Shown here: positions 50,893-61,295 of the stretch, piece by piece
How the letters are laid out: every line of letters begins with the position of its first letter
How positions within the stretch are numbered: position 1 is the stretch's first letter
Source of the DNA: Podospora anserina
Lineage: Eukaryota
Assembly (NCBI GenBank): GCA_017654855.1
Contig: CM030334.1
Coordinates: 3,224,001 to 3,288,000 of the forward strand
DNA: 64,000 nt
Direction: 5' to 3'
Notes under the pieces: model-generated
Database searches by the model: none
The model's input: only the letters and a program-made list of their open reading frames with translations
What the model was told of the DNA's origin: nothing
Position numbers and translations under genes: made by a program

Positions 50893-53415
50893 TTACCCAA
50901 GCACAACTCCTTCATACTCCCCCTCACTCAAATACCTCCCAAGCACCCCCTGCAGCACCGCCTTCGACTTCTGTATAGCCGGCACGACCCCCTCAATCTG
51001 CCCCAAATTCCCCCTCAAACTCTCCATATGACTCCCAATCTGCCTCGCCAACCCCATCACCTCCTCCTCCCCCTCCTCAATCCCCTCGAAGACTCTCCCC
51101 TTCACCTCCACCCTTTCCCTCTTCACAACCTCCAACCCCTTCTCCCCACCCGCCTCACCCCGACCGGCAGCCCGTTCCCTCCGCCCAGGAGCAAGCACAT
51201 GATCCCTCTTCCCCCTCTCCCTCCACACCCTAGCTTGCGCCCTCGCATTCTCCTCCAACCGCCTCAGATCCCTATAATCCCTCTCCAACCCCGCCTCCTC
51301 CCTCTCCTTCTCCCGTCTCAAAACCTCAACGCTATGCACCAACGGCTCCAGCTGCCTCTCCAAATGCCTGCTCGCATCAATCACCTTTTCAAAATTAACC
51401 TCTGCCTCCTGCGCAGAAATCGCCACCCCCTTTGTCGTCTTCGTCCCGATCGTGGCCGGAGGAAAAGGGATCCCTTTTACCAGTTTAGAATGCAGTCTAC
51501 CGGCAAAAGTCCGGAGGATCGTTTGCGAGGCGGTGTACCTCGCCGTGTTGTTACCTCCGATCGACTCAAGGATGGGGATGTACGAGTCGAGGATGAGGCT
51601 GTCGATTGTTGAGATGGCGGGTTGGTCTAGGGGTGTCCATTTCGAGCGGATGGTGGAGCGGGGGATGTGGAGGGTTTTGGGGGCGAGGTGCCGGTATGGG
51701 GCTGAGGATAGGGGGTCGGTGGGTTCTTGTTCTTGTTCTTGTTCTTGTTCTTCTTCTTCTTCTTCTTCTTCTTCTTGTTCGGTCTCGGGTTGGGGTTGAG
51801 GTTGAGGACGGTCCTTCTTTTTGGAGGGCTTATGGTTGGTGGTTTGGTTTTGAGCTTCAGAGACGGAAATTTCAACTAGGGTCGCTCTAGGTCCTTTCTT
51901 GGATCGCTTCTGCGGCTCCGAGGGCTGAGGGGATGGCTCAGCAGCGGTTTCGGCGCTTTTTCTGCCTCTGCCTCGTTGGCGAGCAGAGGGCTGGCTTTCT
52001 TCTTGGGCGTCTTCTTCCTCTTGTCCAACCACGCGACCGGGTCTGCCCCTGGATTTCGAAGCGTTCTTGGCGCTTTTACCCTTTTGTTGAGACTCAGGCT
52101 CTGCGGCAGCCTCTTCGCGAGACTCGTCCTCGTTGGAGCCTCGACCTTTCCTGCGTCGTCTGCCGTCGGTCTCTGCTGGCTCTGCATCTCTCATTTCTGT
52201 ATCTTCCTGAGATGCGGGAGCTTGGTTCTTGCCAGGCCGGCCCCTTGCTTTTGGCTCTTCTTGCTGTTCCTGCTCCTCAGCATTTCCAGCTGCTTTGGCT
52301 CTCTTTCGTGGCCTGGTCTCAGTAGGCGCTGGCTCCTCTGGTTCGACATCATGACTCTTTGCTAGACGTCCTCTCTTTCGCCCGGTATTTGGCGCCTCTT
52401 CGGGTGCCGCCGCTGCTGCTTGTTCGGGTTCCTTTTCGGATTCCGGGGCTTTTGCTTTGCGCCCTCTTTTCTTGGGCGCTTTCTCTGCCGGCTCTTCTAC
52501 CTCCTCAACCGTTGCTTCTTCCTCATGTTCAGCCTCCTGTGCCCGTGCCGGCCGTCCTCGTCTCTTGGGTGCTATTTCTGTTGATTCTTCCGCCTCCTCG
52601 GTGGTTGGATCTGCTTCTAGTTCAGATCGAGCAGGCCGCCCTCTTCTCTTGCGTGCCGGGTCTGATGTTTCCTCGGCCTCCGCAACACTTGTCTCTCCTG
52701 CTGGTTGCTTGATCTCTTGAGTTCGTGCTGGATGCCCTCTTCTCTTGGGCTCTGTTGCTGTTGACGCTTCAGCCTCTTCAGCGAGGGATTCCTGACCTGG
52801 TTTGGCCTCTTTTGTCCGACCGGGGCGCCCTCGTCTCTTTGGTGCTGTGGCTGCTGATTCATCGACCTCCGTGCTCGCCTCCTCTACCACTTCCTCAGCC
52901 CGTCCTGATCGAGCTTTCCGCCCCCGTTTCTTCGGCTCCGTACTCGAGATTTCTTCGGTCTGGGTCGCAGCTTCCTCGGTTTCCGGCTCAACTTCTTGGG
53001 CTCTCGCTGGCCGACCTCTCCTCTTTGGTGCTGCTTCCAAAGTATCTGTCGGCGGAGTCGATTGTTCTTCGGCTATCGAGCCTTCACCCACCCCCGCCGT
53101 TTCAGCATTTTTCATTGGTCTACCCTTTCGTTTTGGTGCCCCCTCTGGCGCTGGCGATGGCTCTGGCGCAGGCTCTTCGGGTGATGAATCATCGCTCTTT
53201 CGCGGTCTGCCTCGTCTCTTTGTTGTCGTTCGAACCTCGGCGTTGTCATTACGATTTGCCTGCAAAACAGCTTCTCCTCCACGTAGGGACTCGTCCTCGT
53301 CGGGCTTCGACGAGCCTGCTGGGCGACCGCGCTTGCGCTTTTGATTTGGATCGTCCGGCGCCTATTCTGGGAATCAGCAATTGACTTTGACACTGAAAGA
53401 AACAATACACACCAT
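50893..53415 (-). CDS. Kinetochore CENP-Q/Okp1/Fta7-like protein with N-terminal AT-hook array
   Basis: ATG-only first coding exon 53415-53413, intron 53412-53362 (GTGTGT..GCTGAT..TAG), then an open frame to 50893. The C-terminal PYRHLAP..IRSKWTPL..KGIPFPP..NFEKVID..coiled coil resembles fungal CENP-Q family. Many KRRGRP motifs. Confidence 0.75.
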
Positions 53416-54202
53416 AATGATAGAAAATACCCAAGCGCCGGCTCAATGTCTGTTTGCTGGTGTTTGCAAACGGATTTGAGGTGCTACGTTGATTCTTCAA
53501 GCCCCTCGAAGCGCAACAGCCACAGCTTGTGACGCGACTGTACCAAATCTCGACCCCACCGCGCAGCCCCCCTGTCCGTGCCATGTGTGGCTGGAATTCT
53601 ATTGCCCCATGCACTTTGTTGCCCGGCGGACAGCTGTTTACCCCAAGCTGGCGGACCGTCGCGAGACAAGCTCTCCTATCTTTAACCGAAACAGGCTTAA
53701 CTGGTCATGACACCTTTTTACCAACAACTCTGTTCAGGGTCACAGTGAAGATATCCCAACATTCGTAATATTAAACAAGCGAGGCTAGACTAGACAGGGC
53801 ACGCGTCCATCAGGGGACCAGACCGGAACAAGGGTAGTTTCACCACATCTCCATCTTTTCGCGATCCCCATTTGCGACGAGCTCTTCTTGTTTTCCGTCG
53901 AGAAGAAGGTGTGACTTTTACCAGGCCGCTGCTTGTTTTCTCCATCTTCTCCTCTCTGCACGTCAGACCACCCCTCATTCCTGGCTCCTCCTCATCCTCC
54001 TCCTCCTCCACACCTCACCTTTCCCTCCCATCATCTTTCTCAGACTTTTTGCGCCATCTTCTCTCGTGGACAGCTGTCAAGAAAGGGCCACACTTCTGCT
54101 TCCATCATTTCTAACGACACTGTTGCAGTCATCGTTTTTGATTCACCGAGACGAGTAATTGGTAATCCACCCACACACACACACAAATACACATCACAAA
54201 CA

Positions 54203-55120
54203 ATGCGCTTCTCAACAGCAACCGCGGCCCTCGCGGCCCTCGGCCCCCTCTCCGCCGCCGCCGCCGAGTCCCCCTTTGAGCAATACAAAGCCAAATTCCA
54301 AAACTTCCTCTCCAGCTTCTCCGGCAGCGCGGGCATCCCCGAAGCGGCCGACAACGTCCAAGTACCCATCCCCAAGCCCAAGAGCAAGACGGTAGAACCC
54401 AAGAAGATCGACACCTTGACTCTGGCCAACTGGAAGGACACGCTTTACGCCCCCGTCCACGCCGAGGCTACCATTCCCGAGGAGTGGCTGGTGCTCATCA
54501 CGGGCGGGAACAAGACTTGCTTTGGTAATGCGCCCCTTTTCCACTCTCTGTCCCCAAACTACAATCAACTGACCCCTATGAAATTTCCAGGCCGCTGCGA
54601 CAAACTCGACACGGCCTTTTCCCAATCGGCACTCAAACTCGCCTCTCTCAAACCAACCCCCGATAATCTCCACCTTGCCAGTGTGAACTGCGACGACGAG
54701 CCTGTCCTCTGCAACTCTTGGTCTGCCTCCACGGGCGTGATCTGGCTGTTTGAGATTCTCCCTGCCCCTACCGAGACGGGGCTGTACGTCAAGCGCCTCA
54801 ATACGACGACTGTGACCTCGCAGGACATTGTCGACGCGTATGTGGCTCCCAAGGAGGAGTGGACCAAGGTGGAGAGCGACAGCTACTTTCACCCTATTGA
54901 TGGGTTTTTTGCCAAGAATGGCCTCGCGGTGCCGCTGGGGTGGTTTTTCTGGGGGTTGAATGCTGTGCCGAGCTGGGTTATGATGTTGGGCGTGAGCTTT
55001 GTTTCGAGGTCGATGATGAACAAGAGGGTCGAGGGCATGGCTGGGGGTCCGAGGGCTGGTGCGGGTGCCCCTGCTGCTGCTGCGCCGAGGGGGGCTGCGC
55101 CTGGGGATGCTCGGTCATAA
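54203..55120 (+). CDS. Signal-peptide, thioredoxin-like-fold membrane protein (uncharacterised)
   Basis: Signal peptide MRFSTATAALAALGPLSAAAA; intron 54525-54590 (66 nt) gives ITGGNKTCFGRC; VNCDDEPVLCNSW; C-terminal hydrophobic segment VPSWVMMLGVSFVSR. Confidence 0.8.
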   Translation: MRFSTATAALAALGPLSAAAAESPFEQYKAKFQNFLSSFSGSAGIPEAADNVQVPIPKPKSKTVEPKKIDTLTLANWKDTLYAPVHAEATIPEEWLVLITGGNKTCFGNAPLFHSLSPNYNQLTPMKFPGRCDKLDTAFSQSALKLASLKPTPDNLHLASVNCDDEPVLCNSWSASTGVIWLFEILPAPTETGLYVKRLNTTTVTSQDIVDAYVAPKEEWTKVESDSYFHPIDGFFAKNGLAVPLGWFFWGLNAVPSWVMMLGVSFVSRSMMNKRVEGMAGGPRAGAGAPAAAAPRGAAPGDARS

Positions 55121-55463
55121 GGAGAGAGAGTAAGGGGTTTGTTGGTAGGAAAGGAGTAGTAGCTGGTGTTTGAAAGGGTAGTTTTATGGTGGTGGGGTGT
55201 GTGTAATAGTGTGTCCTTGAAGAGAGCAGCGCTGGAAACATAGCGTTTGGGGTTTCTTGTTTGTTTTTTCTTCTCTCTCTTTTTTTTTTATATCAGAGGC
55301 TGGGAAATATGGGATCTGGTGGGCGATGGAAATGGAAATCGTTTTTATCTGAGACAAGAGCGCACTTTTTAGGGGGGCACACCCTGCCCACAAAATGATT
55401 GACACAGCAAAAAGTAAGCTGGCCCCTGTGATGTTGTAAACCATGCCTCGAAAGTAAATTAAT

Positions 55464-55549
55464 AGGCCTTTTAAACATTTTAAAGGCCCGTTTCATTGTC
55501 TTTAAAGGCCCTTTGATTATCTTTAAAGGCCTATTGATTATCCTTCAAG
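55464..55549. repeat. Degenerate ~21-bp tandem repeat (AGGCC...TTTAA) x4
   Basis: aggccttttaaacattttaa / aggcccgtttcattgtctttaa / aggccctttgattatctttaa / aggcctattgattatccttcaa. Confidence 0.75.
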
Positions 55550-55691
55550 CTGTAGTTTGCAGTATAACATGGGCTAACCAACCTATTTGTGTGCCAATTA
55601 TTTTGGGGGCAGGGTGAGGTGGGGGGTTAGGTGTCAGGGCGTGCGTGCTGCTCATCTTCGAAATATGTAGAGAAACTTGTTCTTCAAAAAT

Positions 55692-56338
55692 TCATGATCG
55701 GTTCTTGTCTTTGCACGTCTCTTGCAGCCCTTGCAACCCCTCCAAGACCTGCTCGGGCAGTTTGGGGTTTGCCAAACGGCCGTAGCGGAGATCGCTGAGG
55801 TCGCCGACAGTTTTCTGGACGGACGCCAGCAGGGAGGCTTCCTCGGATCGGAGGAGCTGGAGCTGGGATTCGAGTTCGGAGATGGCGTCCTGGAGGGGGG
55901 GGAGGATGGATTGGAGGGTGTGGTTTTTGTTTTGGGAGGGGGGGAGGGTACCCAGCTTTTTTGGAGGAAGGGGGGGGGTGGCGCCGGTTAGTTATTGTAT
56001 GTGTTTGGGGGTGGGAGGGAGGTGAAACTAACCATTCTTTCAATGTCAATCTCGTCGTCTTGCTCTTGTGCTTGAGCTTGGGCTTCACGCCCGGCTTTTA
56101 GGACGTGGCGCCGCAGGGCTTTGCCTTGACGGGCTTGGGACGAGATTTCTTCGGATATGGTGTCGAGGAGGGTGTTGCGTTGGGATTGGAGGTCGCGGTA
56201 GAGGGTGCGGATATGGGGAGAGTGTTGCATGGGTTTGGGGAAGAGGGAGGTGAATTCTTGGAGGGAGATGATGGCGGGGAGTTGGGCGGGGATGAGGAGG
56301 TAGTTTGTTAGGATGGTGGTTTCGGTGATGGGGGGCAT
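55692..56338 (-). CDS. NKP2: Kinetochore CCAN subunit, Cnl2/Nkp2 family
   Basis: Exons 56338-56033 and 55955-55692; intron GTTAGT..ACTAAC..AAG. Motifs ETTILTNYLL..LPAIISLQEFTSLFP..IRTLYRDLQ and C-terminal VGDLSDLRYGRL. Confidence 0.85.
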
Positions 56339-56877
56339 TTTTTGTCTTTGTTTGTGAGATGTGTGGTGGTGAGATGATAAGTGGGATGATGAGTGAGATG
56401 ATGAGTGAGATTGATGAGTGAGATGATGGGTGGTGATTGGTGTGAGGTTGGCAGCTGGGAATGTTGTGTTTGATGAGAGGGTTGTAAGGTGGATAGATGG
56501 TGTGATGAGTCTATGTCAGTATCGAATGAGTTGGACTGTTGTAGAAGCATGGATATGAGTTTGAATGACGCGTAAAGTGGCTTGCTGCAGGCTGAAGGAA
56601 GTCGCTGAGAGGCGCTAGGGGGGTTGCTGCTTCGCGTGTTCCCGTGATCCGTGCTCTCAGAGATCCTTGGTTCCTATCTATCAACTCCCATCCCTGGCTG
56701 TTGTCAAGAGCCAAACACCCAAATCTTCCTGACTTTTCATTCACTTATCGTCGACAAACTGCCGACGCCGAGATCTCACAAACTCTAACCAAGGACCCGC
56801 AGATACTGCGTGTTTTCGACTTGCTCCCCTCGCCGCCGAGCATTTTCTGGGCTGCTTAGTCGTCGACTTTTTTTTTG

Positions 56878-56879
<2 letters not shown>

Positions 56880-56918
<39 letters not shown>
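56880..56918. repeat. (AG)n microsatellite in the NKP2/EAF3 divergent intergenic region
   Basis: About 19 AG units. Confidence 0.95.
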
Positions 56919-56923
<5 letters not shown>

Positions 56924-57050
56924 CGGTAACCACACTCCTTGATGAATCTCACTGGTCGCTTCATTCATTTTTATTGACGCCTATTTAGTTGTCTATCGAG
57001 ATTTTTGACGCGATCAAGACCTCTGGCGCAAAAGGAAAACTAGAATTTGC

Positions 57051-59586
57051 ATGATGGCTCCATCCAAAGCCACCCAGGCTCCCTTTGTCAAGGATGAGCG
57101 GGTCCTCTGCTTCCACATGGAGATGCTGTACGAGGCCAAAATCCTCGACGTTCAGGCCGCCGACAGTAGTGACGGCTGGCAGTACAAAATCCACTACAAG
57201 GGCTGGAAGTCCAGCTGGGATGACTGGGTCCCGCAGGACCGCGTTCGCAAATTCACAGACGAGAACAAGGAGCTGGCTTCGCAACTCATGGCCCAGTACA
57301 AGAACCTCCAGTCCGGCAAATCGAAGGGACCTAAGAAGGGAACGACTGCTGCTCGCACCGGTGGTTCCGACATGAGTTCTGCTCGTGGCAGTGAGGAGCG
57401 TACCCAGCAGGGGGCGACGACGGCCAGCGGGCGAGGCAATCAGAGACGTGCTCGTGATTATGATCTTGAACAGGTGAGTTGGCATTTGCATTTGCTTACA
57501 TTGTTTGTCTTTCTGCGACACAGTCGGGCCGGGTGCCTTCCTTTTTGCATTTTACACACACAACCATCTGCCTCTTGAAACACAATATCTTGAATTCTGG
57601 AGGAGAGCTTTCATGGGTGGTCGACTGCCCGGGACATCACTTTTGAAGCATAACTTGGAGGTATTACTTGGAGTTGGGACGAAAGAGATTTGGTGAATCA
57701 ACACTGGGCCGGGGGGATCAGAGCAACAACATTCGACTGTGGGTGAATAAGGAGGGTCACTCTCTGGCGTTCTCCTCACAATAAGACCCGCGTTCAGCAC
57801 CGCACACAATAGTAGCATGGCGTTGCTCCCTCTGCGACTGTCCAGCTGTTTCAAGCCAGCCCTCGCCGACTACATCTTCTTGAACAATTCACGCCCACCA
57901 ATCTCCAATCTCGGCGTTGCGGACCTTTTCCCACCACAATACCCTCAGTCGCAGGACCACGACATCGACACATCTCGGCGAAAGGAGCAATTTTCAAACA
58001 CACGTACAATATCTACAAATTGTCGTGATCCGCCGCTGCAATGCCTCCTCTTCGAAGATCAACTCGCGTCGTCCCTCCTCGGCCTGCCCCAACCACTCGA
58101 GTCACTCGAGCCACCAAAGCAAAGATGATCCAGCCAAAGGAAGACGAGACAATTGAGGAAAAGCTTGCGCGGTACGCTGCTGAAGCCGACTTGCACGACA
58201 ACCTTACTGTGCTTCCAACCCCTGCGACTTCGGTCTATGTTAAAAACGGCCGCATCAATTTTGATGATCGCTACGTGATGAAGTCTCAGCGCTCCGACAA
58301 GGGCAAGATTGGCATCAATCACCCCAAGATTCTCAAAGCCAGACAGCAGGGCGTACCCCCACAGGTGATGGCGCAGATTGAACGCAACTGGGAGTATATC
58401 GACCCCAGCTTCAACCCCCCCCTCGCCGGACTCCCTGCCGAGGTTCGATACCCGGACCGGGTGCCTCACTTCAAGTCTGGGCAGCCTGGTGCTGCCGACA
58501 CCCTCTTGAAGTTCGAACAAGCGACCCGAGTTTTTCATTGCAAGCTCCAGAGGATGGTGTTCAACATCCAGCAGTTCATTCTGTCCTGCGGGGAAGTAGT
58601 CGACGAGGCTAGCGAGGACACCTCCCCGCTTGCCTTTGAGCGGGTTTTTGCTGTTCCTCGTGGCTGGTTTATCTCTTCAGACAAGGTGTTGGCCCCCAGG
58701 GCTTATCGGTTGATTCCCGATTCTGTATGTTTCTAACTGTCATGACGACTACCTTCGACACAAGCGTTTGGAGGATACAGCCTTTAGCTTTTTCTTTATC
58801 ATTCGTCCAAACTATCGATCCGAGTGGATTGATAGCACATCCTATGTCCAGTGGCAGGGCGCTTCTTTGGTTTGGTTTGATTTCTGAAATATACAGCAAG
58901 CTAACATGTTACATAGGAGGACAACTTCCACAACCGCCCCTCGATCAATATCCCTCTCCCCGACCACATGAAGGCTCTCTTGGTCGATGACTGGGAGAAC
59001 GTCACCAAGAACCAGCAACTGGTGCCCCTGCCCCATGCTCATCCCGTCAGCGAGATTCTGGACGACTATCTCGCCTACGAGCGCCCTCACCGTGAGGAGG
59101 GTTCATCTGCCTATGACATCTTGGACGAGACTGTTTCGGGTCTCCGCGAGTACTTTGATCGCTGCTTGGGCCGCATTCTGCTCTACAGGCATGTCGTTCT
59201 TTGAGCTCTTTTGGTAGGCCGTCGACTGACTGATATCGTAGATTCGAGCGTGGCCAATACCATGAGATGCACCAGTTGTGGAACTCCTCCGACCCCAACC
59301 ACACTTGTGCCAGCGACACCTACGGTGCTGAGCACCTGACTCGTCTCCTTGGTATGTTTTCTTCCTACACTCCTGCACAATTGAGGAGCGTGCTAACCAC
59401 ATCCCGTATACAGTCTCGCTTCCCGAGCTTATCGCGCAGACCAACATGGATCAGCAGTCCGTCAACCGCCTCCGCGACGAGCTGGAGACGTTCACAAAGT
59501 GGTTCTCCCGTCAGCATTCTCGCTACTTCGTCAACGAGTACGAGCAGCCCGGCAATGACTACGTGGATGCGGCGAAGAGCACTTAG
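57051..59586 (+). CDS. EAF3: Chromatin modification protein Eaf3 / MRG15 (chromo-barrel + MRG domain)
   Basis: Exons 57051-57473, 58917-59188, 59242-59351, 59414-59586. Chromo-barrel ERVLCFHMEMLYEAK..YKIHYKGWKSSWDDWV. MRG domain LLVDDWENVTKNQQL..LGRILLYRFER..YGAEHLTRLLVSLPELIAQTNMD. Confidence 0.95.
58041..58736 (+). CDS. Orphan ORF nested in EAF3 intron 1; candidate alternative first exon (58041-58724) or independent nested gene
   Basis: 231-aa ATG-initiated ORF with coding-like, C/G-ending codons. A phase-0 GTATGT donor at 58725 is compatible with the phase-0 EAF3 acceptor at 58916. Confidence 0.55.
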   Translation: MPPLRRSTRVVPPRPAPTTRVTRATKAKMIQPKEDETIEEKLARYAAEADLHDNLTVLPTPATSVYVKNGRINFDDRYVMKSQRSDKGKIGINHPKILKARQQGVPPQVMAQIERNWEYIDPSFNPPLAGLPAEVRYPDRVPHFKSGQPGAADTLLKFEQATRVFHCKLQRMVFNIQQFILSCGEVVDEASEDTSPLAFERVFAVPRGWFISSDKVLAPRAYRLIPDSVCF

Positions 59587-60917
59587 GATAATGCTCCTCC
59601 TCTTGCATCCCCTAGCGCGGCGTCGTCGACCCTGTCGGAGCTCAGCTCGCCCGACTCATCGGATTAGATGATTGCGATGCAGAGGTGCAAGCGTCTGGCA
59701 TGACAGCGATGGATACGGCTGAAGAGGCAGTCGTCGGGTTATCCACTTGAGTGAGGGTATCAGCAACCGACATCGGCTTTTTCTTTGGTATTTTACTTGC
59801 CACCCACGGGCAAAAGCCTTGTTCATTCTTCATCACTTATCAAAGTCACCATCTCGATTTCGACATCAGCCACATCTACAGTATCACCACACAAACTTGA
59901 GTTTTTCCTCCTCCACAAATTCCTCTGGACATATCTGCTTCACTTCGGTGTAGCTTGGCCACTCTTTTTGCTTGATTAATATCCGAAAGATCTGCCACTC
60001 TGGTTAGATGCGACTAGGATGGTCAGGGAAGAAGAGAGAGGTAGAGAGGGAAAGACTGCTTCGTCAATCAATTCATCACACTGCACACCACAACGTCTTC
60101 TACACACTGCACAACCCAAAAGCCCGAGTTTTTAATTTCACCAAGCGACATTTTCTTCCTTTTTCTCTCTGGGCTTCATTTTTCCGTTGTTCAAGGGGGG
60201 TTAGGATTGATATCAACTGGGTGGTTCTCTGGGAAGGGTTGTCTTTTTTTTTTCTGTCTTTTTTTTTGTTTTCGACTATTGTGCACTTTTAGGATCCAGG
60301 TAATCATCAGCTCATCATGACTGGGCAAGCAAGCCGTGAGGCAAAAACAAGGCCAGTTTTTCGTTTTCGACAGGTCAATCAGAGGGAAAGGTCTCGGTTT
60401 TATTCACTCAGAAAGAAGCATTTGATAGGAGCCAGGGAAGCTGTGGTTGGTGGACAAGGAGGGTACAAGGGTGAGCTTGGACTTACTTGGGAAAACTTGC
60501 TGTGGCTTTCGGGGTTCTTGGGATTTTTTTTTGATGGGTAGGGAAGAGGCGAATTATAAGAGACTGTTCTCAATTATTGTTTGTTGGGGTGTGGTGATGG
60601 TGATGTGACGTGCTTTGTGCTGGCTTTTGCTTGTGGTTTTGATGTGGTTTTTACTGGTCTCTTTGGGGGGTTGAAGAGAGGTTAGGTATATGAGTTGGTA
60701 ATGTGTCAATGTGTTGGTGGCATCTCTGGAGAGCACCCATTTGATGAACTCTCCTCTCACCTCCAACTCCGACATCACGTATTCGAGCGGTAGTGTCATG
60801 CGTTCATTTTCCTTTATTTCCCTTTTGGTATCCCCCAACAATATCATACATTCCCTTCCCCTTCCCTTCCCTTCCCTTACCTTCCCTTCCCTCTTTCCTC
60901 CCCCTTTCATCCCCCAT

Positions 60918-61295
60918 TCATAATCTAACCTGTCCACCCGCCTCAGTCCTAACCCCCTCAACTGTCATCTCCCCGCCCTCCTCCCCCCGAAGTCTAGCCA
61001 GAACCCTCGACCCAACCTTTTGCCCCCCATCCTCCATCCTCGGCGCCATTTTTTCCAAGTAGAAGCCGCTGTCGGGTCTCCTCTCAGCCTTGACCTCCCA
61101 CTTTTCCAGCTTGCGGTCGACCTCGGCGACTTTGACGAGTTCTTTCACTTTCATGATCATGCCTGCGAATTGGGGCTCGACGGGGTGGTAGACGGTCTGG
61201 GAGCGCTTGTGGAGGCCGAGAGCAGATAACACGTCGCGGGTGCGCTGGGGGAGGCCGATGGCTGAGCGGTGGAGGGTTATGCGGAAGTAGGACAT
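60918..61295 (-). CDS. MRPL33: Mitochondrial large-subunit ribosomal protein uL30m
   Basis: [46 protein letters not shown]. Confidence 0.9.
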   Translation of the reverse strand: MSYFRITLHRSAIGLPQRTRDVLSALGLHKRSQTVYHPVEPQFAGMIMKVKELVKVAEVDRKLEKWEVKAERRPDSGFYLEKMAPRMEDGGQKVGSRVLARLRGEEGGEMTVEGVRTEAGGQVRL

